Source: an uncultured Candidatus Saccharibacteria bacterium
GTDB taxonomy: Bacteria > Patescibacteriota > Doudnabacteria > UBA920
DNA length: 64,000 bases
Assembly (NCBI GenBank): GCA_964474825.1
Contig: CAYYWQ010000001.1
Coordinates: 1,189 to 65,188 of the forward strand
Reading direction: 5' to 3'
The position numbers and the translations under genes are program-made. Shown one piece after another: positions 37,057-46,786 of the stretch; the stretch's first letter is position 1; every line of letters starts with the position of its first letter. Under the pieces are notes generated by a model. It did not search any database. It was not told where the DNA came from and was given only the letters and a program-made list of their open reading frames with translations.

Positions 37057-37449
37057 TCAGCGCCCATTGTTCTCTATGTAATCTGGACAAACCACAGTGC
37101 ATTGGTTTTTTAAGCAAAGGGAAGTCATAGGGCAGCGGGATATTAATAAATATTCAGGCGGCGTTTGGCAGTCTGTGGTTTTTGTGCAGGCAACGTCTAG
37201 GACCTTTTCTACTTTATAAGAGTCCAGGGTGTACCCTTGTGGTAAAGATGGGTTTTCCGGGCATTGGGCAAATTCGCACAAAGGACCGCTTCGGCCTACG
37301 TAAGAGCCGTCCGGACAAAGCTTGGCTTCCATTGTGCAGGCAACCGGTTCCGTGTTCTTTGTTTTATTCTTCTGAGCAAAAAACCAAGCCCCACCTAAAA
37401 TGGCTAAAATAATGATAACAATAATGATTCCTGCGGGTTTGTTTTTCAT
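37057..37449 (-). CDS. membrane-anchored Cys-rich protein
   Basis: TM followed by ACTMEAKLCPDGSYVGRSGPLCEFAQCP. Confidence 0.8.
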   Translation of the reverse strand: MKNKPAGIIIVIIILAILGGAWFFAQKNKTKNTEPVACTMEAKLCPDGSYVGRSGPLCEFAQCPENPSLPQGYTLDSYKVEKVLDVACTKTTDCQTPPEYLLISRCPMTSLCLKNQCTVVCPDYIENNGR

Positions 37450-37508
37450 AAAGTAATTTTAAAGAATAATTAATTTTAATGCCAGCCAGCTTGGTATTCC
37501 CGGCGCGT

Positions 37509-38627
37509 TTATAAATAATTTTTATATCCGTATTTTTTAAAGTCTTTTTTGGCGTTTTTAAAAAATTTGCCGAACTTCCGGTCTTTTTCCCTTTTTTCAG
37601 GCTCTGTCATTCCGTAATGGCTGACTTCCTTTTTTAAGCTAATGTAATTGTTATATTTGCCGCGGTCCAGCTTGTCTGTTTCCAGGGCAGCCAGCACCGC
37701 GCAGCCGGGTTCGTGGACGTGGGTGCAGTCGTTATACTTGCAGCCTGTAGCCAAAGCGGCAATTTCTTCAAAAAAACTTCCCAAATCGGCGCTGACTTCC
37801 GCCAGTCCGACTTCGCGGATTCCGGGGTTGTCTATTACTATTCCGCCGCTTTCCAAAAAATACATTTCGCGGCTCGTGGTCACGTGCTGTCCGCGCCCGG
37901 AATAGGCGCTGACTTTTCCGGTTTTAATTAAATCTTTTCCAATTAATTTATTTATTAAGGAAGATTTGCCCACGCCGGAAGACCCTAAAAAACAGTATGT
38001 CTTACCGGGCAAAATATAAGCATTTAATTTATCCAAGCCGTTACTATTCATTGTGCTGGTGGGGATAACCTCTGCACCAGTAAACCTTTTTTTTATTTCG
38101 GAAAGCTTAATTTCCAACTCTTCAGGAGAAATCAGGTCTGTTTTGTTCAAAACCACGGCTGGCGAAATTCCCGCGTCTTTTATTAAAACAAAATATCTTT
38201 CCAGCCGGTTTAAATTGTAGTCGCGATCCACGGACTCCACCACGAATGCCGCGTCTATGTTGGCGCCAATAACCTGGATGTTAGTTTTGTTGCCAGTTTT
38301 GTTCCTGTCTCCTGAGTTTCTGCTTATTACCGTCTTCCGTGGCAAAACTTTTTGGATTACGGCTTTGCCGGGTCCTGTTTCCGAAATTGCCACCCAGTCT
38401 CCCACAGCAGGGAAGTCTTTCCTTCCCAGGGCCGTAAACATTTGCTTGCCGGTAATTTTTGCAAAAAATATACCGCGTTCGTTAATTACGCTGTAAGCTC
38501 CTTTATGCTCCGCAATTACCCTGCCTACGCTTACTCCGTCTGACATAAGTGGGTCAAAGCTTGAGGCAAAAAATTCGCTGTATCCTAAATCTTCAAGTTT
38601 AAGTTGTCGTGCTTCTTTTGAATCCAT
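37509..38627 (-). CDS. rsgA: ribosome small subunit-dependent GTPase A
   Basis: PAVGDWV, NKTD, GSSGVGKSSL, HVTT, CKYNDCTHVHEPGC. Confidence 0.93.
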   Translation of the reverse strand: MDSKEARQLKLEDLGYSEFFASSFDPLMSDGVSVGRVIAEHKGAYSVINERGIFFAKITGKQMFTALGRKDFPAVGDWVAISETGPGKAVIQKVLPRKTVISRNSGDRNKTGNKTNIQVIGANIDAAFVVESVDRDYNLNRLERYFVLIKDAGISPAVVLNKTDLISPEELEIKLSEIKKRFTGAEVIPTSTMNSNGLDKLNAYILPGKTYCFLGSSGVGKSSLINKLIGKDLIKTGKVSAYSGRGQHVTTSREMYFLESGGIVIDNPGIREVGLAEVSADLGSFFEEIAALATGCKYNDCTHVHEPGCAVLAALETDKLDRGKYNNYISLKKEVSHYGMTEPEKREKDRKFGKFFKNAKKDFKKYGYKNYL

Positions 38628-38745
38628 AAGGTAATTATACCCTTTATTTAAGGCTGTTCATAATTTATGTATAACAATAATAATATATTGACAAACGATA
38701 AATCATAATGTATTATATAAATACTTATTAATAATACTAAATCTT

Positions 38746-39210
38746 ATGAAGAGAGGTTCAACATTGTTTTTAAAAGGGGTTTTAATATTTTTTGCGTTTG
38801 GGGTGCTGGTTTTGTGCGTTTATGGTTTGCCCAGAGTTATTGGTTCCATAGACTTAAAAGGCTACGACCCTCTCTTAATAGGCCTATATGTTCCGTCTTT
38901 CCCGTTTTTATTTGCGCTGTACCAGGCTTGGAATTTGTTAACCTATATAGACACAAACACTGCTTTTTCAAATTTGTCTGTTAAGGCATTAAAAAATATA
39001 AAATATTGTGCTGTGACAATTGGCGTCCTGTTCGCTGCAGGCATGCCATATATATTTATGGTCGCAGACAAAGACGATGCCCCAGGCGTGGTGCTAATTG
39101 GGCTTATTATTATTTCTGCGTCAATTGTAATTGCAACATTCGCCGCAGTCCTACAAAAACTTATACAGAGCGGCCTGGATATAAAGTCGGAAAACGAATT
39201 AACAGTATAA
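38746..39210 (+). CDS. DUF2975 membrane protein
   Basis: FSNLSVKALKNIKYCA, DDAPG, IKSENELTV. Confidence 0.88.
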   Translation: MKRGSTLFLKGVLIFFAFGVLVLCVYGLPRVIGSIDLKGYDPLLIGLYVPSFPFLFALYQAWNLLTYIDTNTAFSNLSVKALKNIKYCAVTIGVLFAAGMPYIFMVADKDDAPGVVLIGLIIISASIVIATFAAVLQKLIQSGLDIKSENELTV

Positions 39211-39214
39211 CCCT

Positions 39215-39421
39215 ATGTCTATAATTATCAATCTTGATGTCATGCTGGCAAAGCGGAAAATGAGCGTAACTGAGCTTGCAGAAAAAGTTGGAATAACCAT
39301 GGCTAATATTTCCATATTAAAAAATGGAAAAGCCAGAGCCATTCGTTTTTCAACGTTAGAAGCTATTTGTAAAGCGCTGAACTGCCAGCCAGGGGACATT
39401 TTGGAATACAAGAACAGCTAG
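39215..39421 (+). CDS. Cro/C1-type HTH regulator (YozG-like)
   Basis: LDVMLAKRKMS...KARAIRFSTL...CQPGDILEY. Confidence 0.92.
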   Translation: MSIIINLDVMLAKRKMSVTELAEKVGITMANISILKNGKARAIRFSTLEAICKALNCQPGDILEYKNS

Positions 39422-39490
39422 TCAGCGAATAGGCTGATCGGCTAATCAGTCGATATGCTACATATTAATAATTAGTGAACAAAAAAATTT

Positions 39491-39970
39491 ATGAAAAAAG
39501 GTTTAACAATATTTCTCCAGATAGTCTTAGTGCTCATCGGCCTCGTGGCACTGGTCATTATGATTAGGTTTCCATTAACTGAAGGAAGAGCAGTAAACTT
39601 AGACCTGTTTAGTATTTACGCTGATCCATTAATTATGTATGGGTACTTGGCGTCCATTGCGTTTTTTGTTGCCCTGTATAAGGCGTTCAAATTACTCGGA
39701 TACATTGGGCAAAATAAAGTATTTTCAGTAAACTCTGTGAAGGCTTTAAGAACTATAAAATATTGTGCTATTGTACTTGGCATTTTAATTGTAATAGCAG
39801 GGCTATATATTAGAATATTTCATGCTACAAATGACGACCCGGCGGGTTTTTTGGCCCTGTGTATTGTAACCACTTTTATTTCTATGGTAATTGCGACTGC
39901 CGCGACTGTGCTTGAAAGAACTTTGCAAAAAGCCTTGGAAATAAAATCCGATAACGACTTAACAGTTTAA
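39491..39970 (+). CDS. DUF2975 membrane protein (second paralog)
   Basis: FSVNSVKALRTIKYCA, DDPAG, IKSDNDLTV. Confidence 0.88.
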   Translation: MKKGLTIFLQIVLVLIGLVALVIMIRFPLTEGRAVNLDLFSIYADPLIMYGYLASIAFFVALYKAFKLLGYIGQNKVFSVNSVKALRTIKYCAIVLGILIVIAGLYIRIFHATNDDPAGFLALCIVTTFISMVIATAATVLERTLQKALEIKSDNDLTV

Positions 39971-39993
39971 TGGCCAATTAGACTTCATATAAA

Positions 39994-40215
39994 ATGAAAA
40001 GGATGCTAAAAATTTTATTGCCCTTAATTTTGTTAATTTTTGCTTTAGGGATTACCTATGTGGGCCAAGTTAACAAAAATCTTATAAAAGATTGCAACGC
40101 GAGTATACAGGAATACATAAACCCTTCTTGGGGTCCGGGTTCGCAAGGGGAGGGTGTTCAGAAAAAAATTATTTGTGAACATAACTTGAGGTATAACCTA
40201 AACCTACTTCCTTAA
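39994..40215 (+). CDS. small exported hypothetical protein
   Basis: signal-like N-terminus. Confidence 0.55.
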   Translation: MKRMLKILLPLILLIFALGITYVGQVNKNLIKDCNASIQEYINPSWGPGSQGEGVQKKIICEHNLRYNLNLLP

Positions 40216-40325
40216 TTAAAAAACAATGGGGCATGCCCCCATTGTTTTTGTTTAAACAACAACCCTTGAAAAATCTGGGGGTTTTTGGTAAAATGACGTA
40301 CGTTCAATTTCCCAGGAGGAGTGCC

Positions 40326-40517
40326 ATGAAGAATTCGAAAGACATGAAGGATATGGTGTGGAGCAAGGTGCAGAAATGCCCTTACTGTTTTTCCGACAAG
40401 ATCGTCTGTAGGTTGGGGGAGGGGGTTTACCAGTGTGGCGAGTGTCGCCAGCCCTACAGAAGGCTTAAGCTCGGGTTAGGGAGGTGGGTGCTCTGGTATA
40501 TCACCACCCGAGTCTGA
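40326..40517 (+). CDS. small zinc-ribbon protein
   Basis: ATG after AGGAGGAG; CPYC-x14-CGEC; own promoter and downstream hairpin. Confidence 0.6.
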   Translation: MKNSKDMKDMVWSKVQKCPYCFSDKIVCRLGEGVYQCGECRQPYRRLKLGLGRWVLWYITTRV

Positions 40518-40597
40518 CTTTTCCACTACTTCAAGATAAGAGACCTTTGGGTTACACCAAAGGTCTCAAAAAATAATCGGCGCATTCCCTATTGTTC

Positions 40598-40906
40598 TTA
40601 TTTTTTAGATCGCCTATTAAGTATTCCTTGAATTGAGGGGCTTATGGCTTTGTCTTTCCTATGTATACAGCCCAGCCAGCAACAAGGCCGGCGCATACCT
40701 TCTTTGAGTTCACCGACCACTCTTTTAACATGGTCTTTTCTTGTTTCTTCTTTTTTAACAAAGGTAGTCCAGCAAATCCATTCATTGCGCGCAAGGGGAG
40801 AAAGGCTTTCCCATAATGCCAGCGCTGCTTTGTCCGAAGCCAAAGCCTGTTTTAAGTCAGTAGGAATTTTATGCGCTGTTCCGCTTGAAATTGTTTTTTT
40901 GATCAT
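40598..40906 (-). CDS. YdeI/OmpD-associated family protein
   Basis: PTDLKQAL...ARNEWICW...RRPCCW. Confidence 0.85.
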   Translation of the reverse strand: MIKKTISSGTAHKIPTDLKQALASDKAALALWESLSPLARNEWICWTTFVKKEETRKDHVKRVVGELKEGMRRPCCWLGCIHRKDKAISPSIQGILNRRSKK

Positions 40907-41005
40907 AAAAATTCTTTATGCAGACTATATAAACATTCGTAAATTATGGGGTGTGGCCCTCTTTATTACACCTATATTCTAACACAAAGGCATAAATTTG
41001 GCCTA

Positions 41006-41034
41006 TTGATAAAATATCAACATAATGATAAAAT
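41006..41034 (+). promoter_or_regulatory. sigma70 promoter of tRNA-Asn
   Basis: TTGATA-17bp-TAAAAT with extended TG. Confidence 0.7.
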
Positions 41035-41096
41035 ATCTAAGACAATTGAATATTGTCTATATTCGGGAGTAGCTCAGCGGTAGAGCAATCGGCTGT

Positions 41097-41634
41097 GAAT
41101 CCGCCTTTATCAGTAAGCTATAATATATGGCTGATACAAGGAAATATTCCGACCGCGCAGAGTATCTTAAAAAAGCAGTTGATAAAAGACGCAAAAAGAT
41201 CAAAACCATGGCCATTGCCTATAAGGGCAATAAGTGCACATTCTGTGGTTATGATAAATGCGCCGGAGCCCTAGAGTTCCATCATCTTGACCCAAAAGGA
41301 AAAGATTTTGGACTAGGACAAAATGGTTTAACCCGTTCTTGGGAGAAGACCAAAAATGAACTAAACAAATGTGTATTAGTTTGCTCCAACTGCCATAAAG
41401 AAATTCATGCAGGTCTGTTGCAGCCTTCTCAAGTAATTGAGAACGGAAAAACGAGGTGAATTGCTGGAAACCTTTAAAATGGTAATCAGCAGCCAAGCCC
41501 CACCAATGTGGGGAAGGTTCAGAGACTATCTCGCAAGAGAGTACTTAGATCGAAAGATCTTGGGAAGCCCCTCGCATCCCTCCATCGGGGATGATGATAT
41601 AGTCCACTCTTAATAGAAATATTAAGGCAAGGTG
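41097..41634 (+). mobile_element. group I self-splicing intron (538 nt) between anticodon positions 35 and 36
   Basis: exon ends in U, intron ends in G; P AATTGCTGGAAA, Q AATCAGCAG, R TCAGAGACTA, S GATATAGTCC; IGS GCAGCC; P2, P3, P7.1, P7.2, P8 and P9 identifiable. Confidence 0.92.
41127..41459 (+). CDS. intron-encoded HNH endonuclease (putative homing endonuclease)
   Basis: CTFCGY...LEFHH...KCVLVCSNCHKEIH. Confidence 0.88.
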   Translation: MADTRKYSDRAEYLKKAVDKRRKKIKTMAIAYKGNKCTFCGYDKCAGALEFHHLDPKGKDFGLGQNGLTRSWEKTKNELNKCVLVCSNCHKEIHAGLLQPSQVIENGKTR

Positions 41635-41830
41635 TAACCGATGGGTCCTGGGTTCGAATCCCAGCTCCCGAGCCAACAAAGGACATCTCTTAAATGGAGG
41701 TGTTTTTTGTTTAAAAAATGTTAAGTTAAATAGAATGCTGAATAATAAACCTGGTATGATATACTAGCTTAAGAAGCCTTAAAGGCTCGCCCGTGTGGCG
41801 GCCTTTTTTTATTTTTTAGGTTTAACTTAT

Positions 41831-42091
41831 ATGGATTACACTATTATAGACGTACGCGAGCCTTACGAGTATGCCCTAGGGCATGTGGAGGGCGCTATTA
41901 ACATACCGGCAGGGAGCATTATGGAAAGCCCGGCAGCATTACAAGGCTTGCCTAAAGATGCCAAACTGCTCCTGTATTGCCGGTCGGGGAGTAGGTCAGA
42001 GTATGTTATGATCCTCCTAAAACAAATGGGATTTACAAATATGACCAACGGCATTAACAAAGAGCGAATTAAAGCAACGTTTGGAATTTAA
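41831..42091 (+). CDS. rhodanese-like protein
   Basis: IIDVREPYEYALGHVEGAINIP, YCRSGSRS. Confidence 0.9.
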   Translation: MDYTIIDVREPYEYALGHVEGAINIPAGSIMESPAALQGLPKDAKLLLYCRSGSRSEYVMILLKQMGFTNMTNGINKERIKATFGI

Positions 42092-42093
42092 CT

Positions 42094-42342
42094 ATGAAAA
42101 TCCAAGTTTTAGGTTCAGGCTGTGCTACCTGTAAAAAACTGTTTGAAATAACCAAACAAGCAGCAGTTCAATTAAAGCTGCCCGACCAGGTGGAATATGT
42201 TACCGACGTTCAGCAAATTCTAAATATGGGGTTAATGTCCAGCCCGGTTTTGGCGGTGGACGGAAAGCCTGTCTTAGTTGGTTTTGTGCCAAATGTGGAA
42301 GAGATTAAAAAAGCCATACTAAAGGCTTCTTCAATGCAATAA
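42094..42342 (+). CDS. small thioredoxin-like redox-active disulfide protein
   Basis: MKIQVLGSGCATC, SPVLAVDG. Confidence 0.9.
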   Translation: MKIQVLGSGCATCKKLFEITKQAAVQLKLPDQVEYVTDVQQILNMGLMSSPVLAVDGKPVLVGFVPNVEEIKKAILKASSMQ

Positions 42343-42345
42343 CTC

Positions 42346-43314
42346 ATGAATATTTTTTTCCCTTTGCAATTGGCGGCTGATTGGTTAACCTATTCGGTCT
42401 TTAAACTTTTACCGGACAGTTTGGCTGGCATAGCAGTAAATTTTTTTATATTCGACACGGTTAAGATCTTTGTGCTCTTAGCTGTTATAGTGTTTGCGGT
42501 ATCTCTACTCCGTTCATTTTTCCCGCCAGAAAAAATTAGAGGAATTTTGTCACACAAAAATAAATACACTGGGAATGTTGTTGCTTCACTGCTCGGCATT
42601 GTTACGCCGTTTTGCTCATGCTCGGCAATTCCTTTATTCTTAGGTTTTGTCCAGGCCGGCGTACCGCTTGGAACTACTTTTTCTTTTTTAGTTGCTTCGC
42701 CAATGATTAATGAAGTAGCATTAGTACTTTTGCTTGGGTTATTCGGCTGGAAAATAGCCCTTATTTATATTATTAGTGGCCTGATTATTTCTATCCTGTC
42801 GGGTATTGTTATAGGAAGCTTAAACCCGGAAAAATTGGTAGAATCTTTCGTGTTTCAGAATGCTATTAAGTCCAATATAGAATTACCTCAAATGTCCTGG
42901 AAGCAACGCCTGGCTTATGCCAAAGATTACACGCTGGATATTTTAAAAAGAGTTTGGCCTTATATTATTATAGGCATTGGAGTGGGGGCTTTCATACACG
43001 GCTATGTTCCTACAGACTTCTTAGTAAAATACACGGGAAGTAACAAATGGTACGGCGTGCCGCTTGCGGTTCTTATAGGCATACCCCTATATTCCAATAC
43101 CGCGGGAATAATTCCGCTAGTTAGCGTTTTGACAGAAAAAGGAGTTAGTATGGGAACAGCACTAGCCTTTATGATGTCGGTTACGGCCCTCTCCCTGCCT
43201 GAATTTATGATTTTGAAAAAGGTAATGAAATTAAGACTAATATTGATTTTTGCAGGTATTGTGGGGGTAAGCATAACAATTACCGGATACATTTTTAATC
43301 TTTTATTGCGTTAG
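42346..43314 (+). CDS. ArsP-family (DUF318) permease
   Basis: TPFCSCSAIP, SPMINEV, ALSLPE. Confidence 0.9.
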   Translation: MNIFFPLQLAADWLTYSVFKLLPDSLAGIAVNFFIFDTVKIFVLLAVIVFAVSLLRSFFPPEKIRGILSHKNKYTGNVVASLLGIVTPFCSCSAIPLFLGFVQAGVPLGTTFSFLVASPMINEVALVLLLGLFGWKIALIYIISGLIISILSGIVIGSLNPEKLVESFVFQNAIKSNIELPQMSWKQRLAYAKDYTLDILKRVWPYIIIGIGVGAFIHGYVPTDFLVKYTGSNKWYGVPLAVLIGIPLYSNTAGIIPLVSVLTEKGVSMGTALAFMMSVTALSLPEFMILKKVMKLRLILIFAGIVGVSITITGYIFNLLLR

Positions 43315-43456
43315 CTTTTAGAAATTTAGTAAAAAATTAATTAACAAATTAAATCCCCAATAGGGTGAGCAAACAAAAAACATCAATAAAATTGGTGTTT
43401 TTTGTTTGGGGTAGTGTATAATGAATGTATAATAATTGATTAAATATAATTCAAAT

Positions 43457-43885
43457 ATGACAACAATAAATCCTTGGATTAATTTTAATGGTAATGCGGA
43501 AGAAGCATTTATTTTTTACAAATCAGTATTCGGTGGAGAGTTCACCAAAATAATACGTTTTAAAGATCTTGCAAGTGCCGAATTTCCTGTAGCAGAAAAA
43601 GAACAAAATAAAATAATGCTTATTACTTTACCTATTGGTAAAAATAATATGCTCATGGCAAATGACGTGCCGGAAGTTTTAGGAAAAGTAAATGAAAACG
43701 AAAACCGAAGCAAGATTTCCATACACACGGAAAGTAAAGAAGAGGCGGATAAATTATTTACCGGTCTTTCTGCCGGAGGGCAAGTAGAAGGACCAATGGG
43801 TAACGGCCCATGGGGTTCTTACGCTGGTATGTTTAGAGACAAATATGGCATAGAGTGGATAATTGAATTTTACCCAAAAAAATAG
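43457..43885 (+). CDS. VOC family protein (PhnB-like)
   Basis: FNGNAEEAF.FYKSVFGG, RDKYGIEW. Confidence 0.88.
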   Translation: MTTINPWINFNGNAEEAFIFYKSVFGGEFTKIIRFKDLASAEFPVAEKEQNKIMLITLPIGKNNMLMANDVPEVLGKVNENENRSKISIHTESKEEADKLFTGLSAGGQVEGPMGNGPWGSYAGMFRDKYGIEWIIEFYPKK

Positions 43886-44012
43886 AATACTTTCCGTAAC
43901 CTACTTTTCCCTAAAACATTTTAGTTAAATTATTATTTCATTTTCTAAATAGTCGGTTGTAATCTGTTCCGCTAGGGAGCCAATAAAAAACACCAACTCT
44001 CGTTGGTGTTTT

Positions 44013-44378
44013 TTATGTTCGTAAAATCTTTTCCATTTGCCTGCCTTTGGCCAGTTCGTCTATTAGCTTATCTAAGTACCTAACTTCCCTCATAACCGGA
44101 TCTTTTATTTCTTCCACCCGCACACCACAAATTACACCGGTAATTAAGGAGCGGGAAGGGTTCATTTTAGGAGCCTTGGCAAAAAAGTTTTGGAAATCAG
44201 TTTTCTTTTCAAGTACCGCTTCTAATCGTTTTTGTGAATACCCTGTAAGCCAGCGAATAATCTCATCCACTTCTTTTTTTGTGCGTCCTTTTTTCTTAGC
44301 CTTAGCAATATAAAAAGGATAAACTCCGGCAAAACTCATTGCATATACACGCTTTAGGGTCTTAGGGTCTTCTTTCAT
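44013..44378 (-). CDS. DUF2200 family protein
   Basis: [32 protein letters not shown]. Confidence 0.88.
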   Translation of the reverse strand: MKEDPKTLKRVYAMSFAGVYPFYIAKAKKKGRTKKEVDEIIRWLTGYSQKRLEAVLEKKTDFQNFFAKAPKMNPSRSLITGVICGVRVEEIKDPVMREVRYLDKLIDELAKGRQMEKILRT

Positions 44379-44533
44379 AGTTTATTCGTCTCCCGGCCAT
44401 TATGATAGTATAAGGATCTATTAAAGTCAACGTCAGGCAGCTTTTTTAAATATGCATATATTAAGACAGATGTTTTTTGATCTCGACAAAGACAACCCCC
44501 TGAGTTATTATTAAAATAATTAACTTAATACTT

Positions 44534-44983
44534 ATGGCAGAAATAAAAACCAAAGCAACAAAAGAAAGCGTTATAAAATTTTTAAATGCGGTAAAGCCTG
44601 ACGACAAGCGGAAGGACGGCCTGGCTTTGCTTAAACTTTTCAAAAAAACCACCGGGGAAAAACCAGTAATGTGGGGAACGAGCATTGTGGGCTTTGGGAA
44701 GTACCATTATAAATCTGAAAAAAGCAGCCAAGAAGGCGACTGGTTCCATGTTGGTTTTTCTCCCAGGAAGCAAAACCTGGCCCTTTATATTCTAGCGTGG
44801 AAGCAGGAAGACCCGGCGCTATTAGCTAAATTAGGAAAATATAAAAGAGGCGGCGGGTGCCTGTATATAAACCACCTTTCCGATGTAAATGAAAAAGTCT
44901 TAGGCTTGCTCATTAAAGCCATATACACATACAGAAAGAAAATCCATTCTAAGTCGTCTTCAGTACTAGCTCATATGGAATAA
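44534..44983 (+). CDS. DUF1801 (YdhG-like) protein
   Basis: PVMWGTSIVGFGKYHY, GFSPRK, GCLYI. Confidence 0.88.
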   Translation: MAEIKTKATKESVIKFLNAVKPDDKRKDGLALLKLFKKTTGEKPVMWGTSIVGFGKYHYKSEKSSQEGDWFHVGFSPRKQNLALYILAWKQEDPALLAKLGKYKRGGGCLYINHLSDVNEKVLGLLIKAIYTYRKKIHSKSSSVLAHME

Positions 44984-45058
44984 AAAAATAGTAAAATATA
45001 TAGCCCCGCAATCTCCAAATAATCTAATTAAAAAGCTGTATTAGCTAAATAAAACAAA

Positions 45059-45571
45059 ATGAAAAGTAAAATTGTCATTGTTCATGACAAAATGCAGAAA
45101 AATTACCGTTACCCGCTGGCGGAGCCGGCAGGCAGGAATTTCCATCCGGATTTTAAGCCGGAACTTACGCCCAAACAAATGCTGTCCTTAGGGGTGTTCG
45201 GCGGAAAATATATGACGGACTGTAAAAAAGAATTTCCAAAAAGCTGGTTTGCCCGCGCCAAGCTTTCTCCCGAGCATCACGACGACTCATTAAATTATTT
45301 CCATAAACACGCCAGCCAGCCGCTTAAAGTCTGGGAGAAAAAAGGCTGGATTAACGAAAAGCATGATCCCCGCGGCTGGTTCCAATGGTACTGCCGATAC
45401 TATATGGGCAGGCGCCTACCTGAAGAAGACGGGCGACAGATAAAGCGATGGAAGGCCATTACGCGTCACATTGCGCAGGTCAAGAAATATTGTAAGCAGG
45501 GTGACTTAACCTGCAGGCCCGGCCAGCGCCAAGCAATTCTCCACTGGGCTTACGACAGCAGGAAAATATAA
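45059..45571 (+). CDS. conserved hypothetical protein
   Basis: LTPKQMLSLGVFGGKY, DPRGWFQWYCRYYMGRR, QRQAILHWAYD. Confidence 0.8.
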   Translation: MKSKIVIVHDKMQKNYRYPLAEPAGRNFHPDFKPELTPKQMLSLGVFGGKYMTDCKKEFPKSWFARAKLSPEHHDDSLNYFHKHASQPLKVWEKKGWINEKHDPRGWFQWYCRYYMGRRLPEEDGRQIKRWKAITRHIAQVKKYCKQGDLTCRPGQRQAILHWAYDSRKI

Positions 45572-45600
45572 ATAACGCTTTAAATAATTAATGTATTTCC

Positions 45601-46194
45601 ATGAGAAAAATAATTGTTTTAGAGTTTATAACTTTAGACGGGGTTATGCAGGCCCCGGGCGGGCCAAAGGAAGACACTTCGGGGGGTTTTAAATACGGCG
45701 GCTGGACCGCGCCTTTTGGCGACAAGATTTTTAACAATGTCCTCAAAAAAGAAATGAAGCCCGCAGACCTTCTTTTGGGAAGAAAAACATTTAAGATTTG
45801 GGAAAACTACTGGCCAAAGCATACAGACGTATGGCCGGGCATAAATGAAGTTACAAAATACGTGTTGTCTAAAACCGTAAAAAAGTCGTCCTGGAAAAAT
45901 TCAGTTTTTCTTAAAAGTGTAGGTGATATTAAAAAACTCAAAGGTTCAAAAGGCGGCGACATTAAAGTTTGGGGCAGTAGTAACCTTGCCCAGTTACTGC
46001 TTAAGAACGACTTAGTAGACGAACTTTGGCTTAAAATTTATCCTTTAACTCTTGGGCAAGGAAAAAAGTTGTTCGGCACTGGCACCATTCCGGCCGCCTT
46101 TAAGTTAACAGAAAGTGTAGTTACCTCCGACGGAATAATTCTTACCAAATACAAGCGAGCAGGAAAAGTTAAAACAGGTACGGTAGGAGATTAA
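45601..46194 (+). CDS. dihydrofolate reductase / RibD C-terminal family protein
   Basis: TLDGVMQAPGG, LLLGRKT, LVDELWL..YP..LGQGKKLF. Confidence 0.9.
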   Translation: MRKIIVLEFITLDGVMQAPGGPKEDTSGGFKYGGWTAPFGDKIFNNVLKKEMKPADLLLGRKTFKIWENYWPKHTDVWPGINEVTKYVLSKTVKKSSWKNSVFLKSVGDIKKLKGSKGGDIKVWGSSNLAQLLLKNDLVDELWLKIYPLTLGQGKKLFGTGTIPAAFKLTESVVTSDGIILTKYKRAGKVKTGTVGD

Positions 46195-46295
46195 CCAAAA
46201 ATACCCTAACTTAAGTTAGGGTATTTTTATTGGCATATGTGATGGAATTTGCTAGTATTAATATACTTTTAAAATTAAATTAAACCCATAAATTT

Positions 46296-46772
46296 ATGAC
46301 AAACAAAGAGTTCTTTTTAAGAACCATAAAAGAAGAAGCGTCTAAGTTTAGAAGCGTTATAGAAGCCTTGCCGGAAGACAAACATAGCCATAAAGTTCAT
46401 GAAAAGTCCCGCGAGGCAGGGAATTTGGCCGCGCAATTGGCTTTGCAATGGAAAGCTATTTCCGGGGTAGTAACCAAAGGTTCGCCGAATTTTGATCCCC
46501 ACGAAATGGGTCCGCAAAGCAAGGCAGACATGCTTGCGAAGTTCGACGAAGGCATGGAGCAAATGGTTAAAGACGTAGAAGCGGTTTCTGAAGAAGAGTG
46601 GGAGAACGGGGACGCGGCTATGGGAGAAATGTGGAAAGACAAAAAATATAATATGGCCTGGGGCTTCTTGTTTGATGCCATTCACCACCGCGGCCAGTTG
46701 AGCACATATCTTCGGGCCATGGGCGCAAAAGTCCCTTCCATTTACGGTCCTTCCGCGGACGCGCAAAACTAA
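46296..46772 (+). CDS. DinB family protein
   Basis: IHHRGQLSTYLRAMGAKVPSIYGPSAD. Confidence 0.9.
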   Translation: MTNKEFFLRTIKEEASKFRSVIEALPEDKHSHKVHEKSREAGNLAAQLALQWKAISGVVTKGSPNFDPHEMGPQSKADMLAKFDEGMEQMVKDVEAVSEEEWENGDAAMGEMWKDKKYNMAWGFLFDAIHHRGQLSTYLRAMGAKVPSIYGPSADAQN

Positions 46773-46786
46773 ACACCGGTGTAAAT

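Larger units (their letters stand above)
41063..41675 (+). tRNA. tRNA-Asn(GTT) interrupted by a group I intron; exons 41063-41096 and 41635-41675
   Basis: joined exons give a full cloverleaf: TCGGGAG/CTCCCGA acceptor, ATCGG-CTGTTAA-CCGAT anticodon arm, CTGGG-TTCGAAT-CCCAG T arm, GCCA end. Confidence 0.93.

Noticed and set aside
41053-41496. ORFs 41053-41274 (+) and 41200-41496 (-)
   Set aside because: Overlap the tRNA exon and the HNH gene; shadow frames
41640-41800. Prophage or integrative-element attachment at tRNA-Asn
   Set aside because: No integrase and no duplicated tRNA 3' end seen in the window
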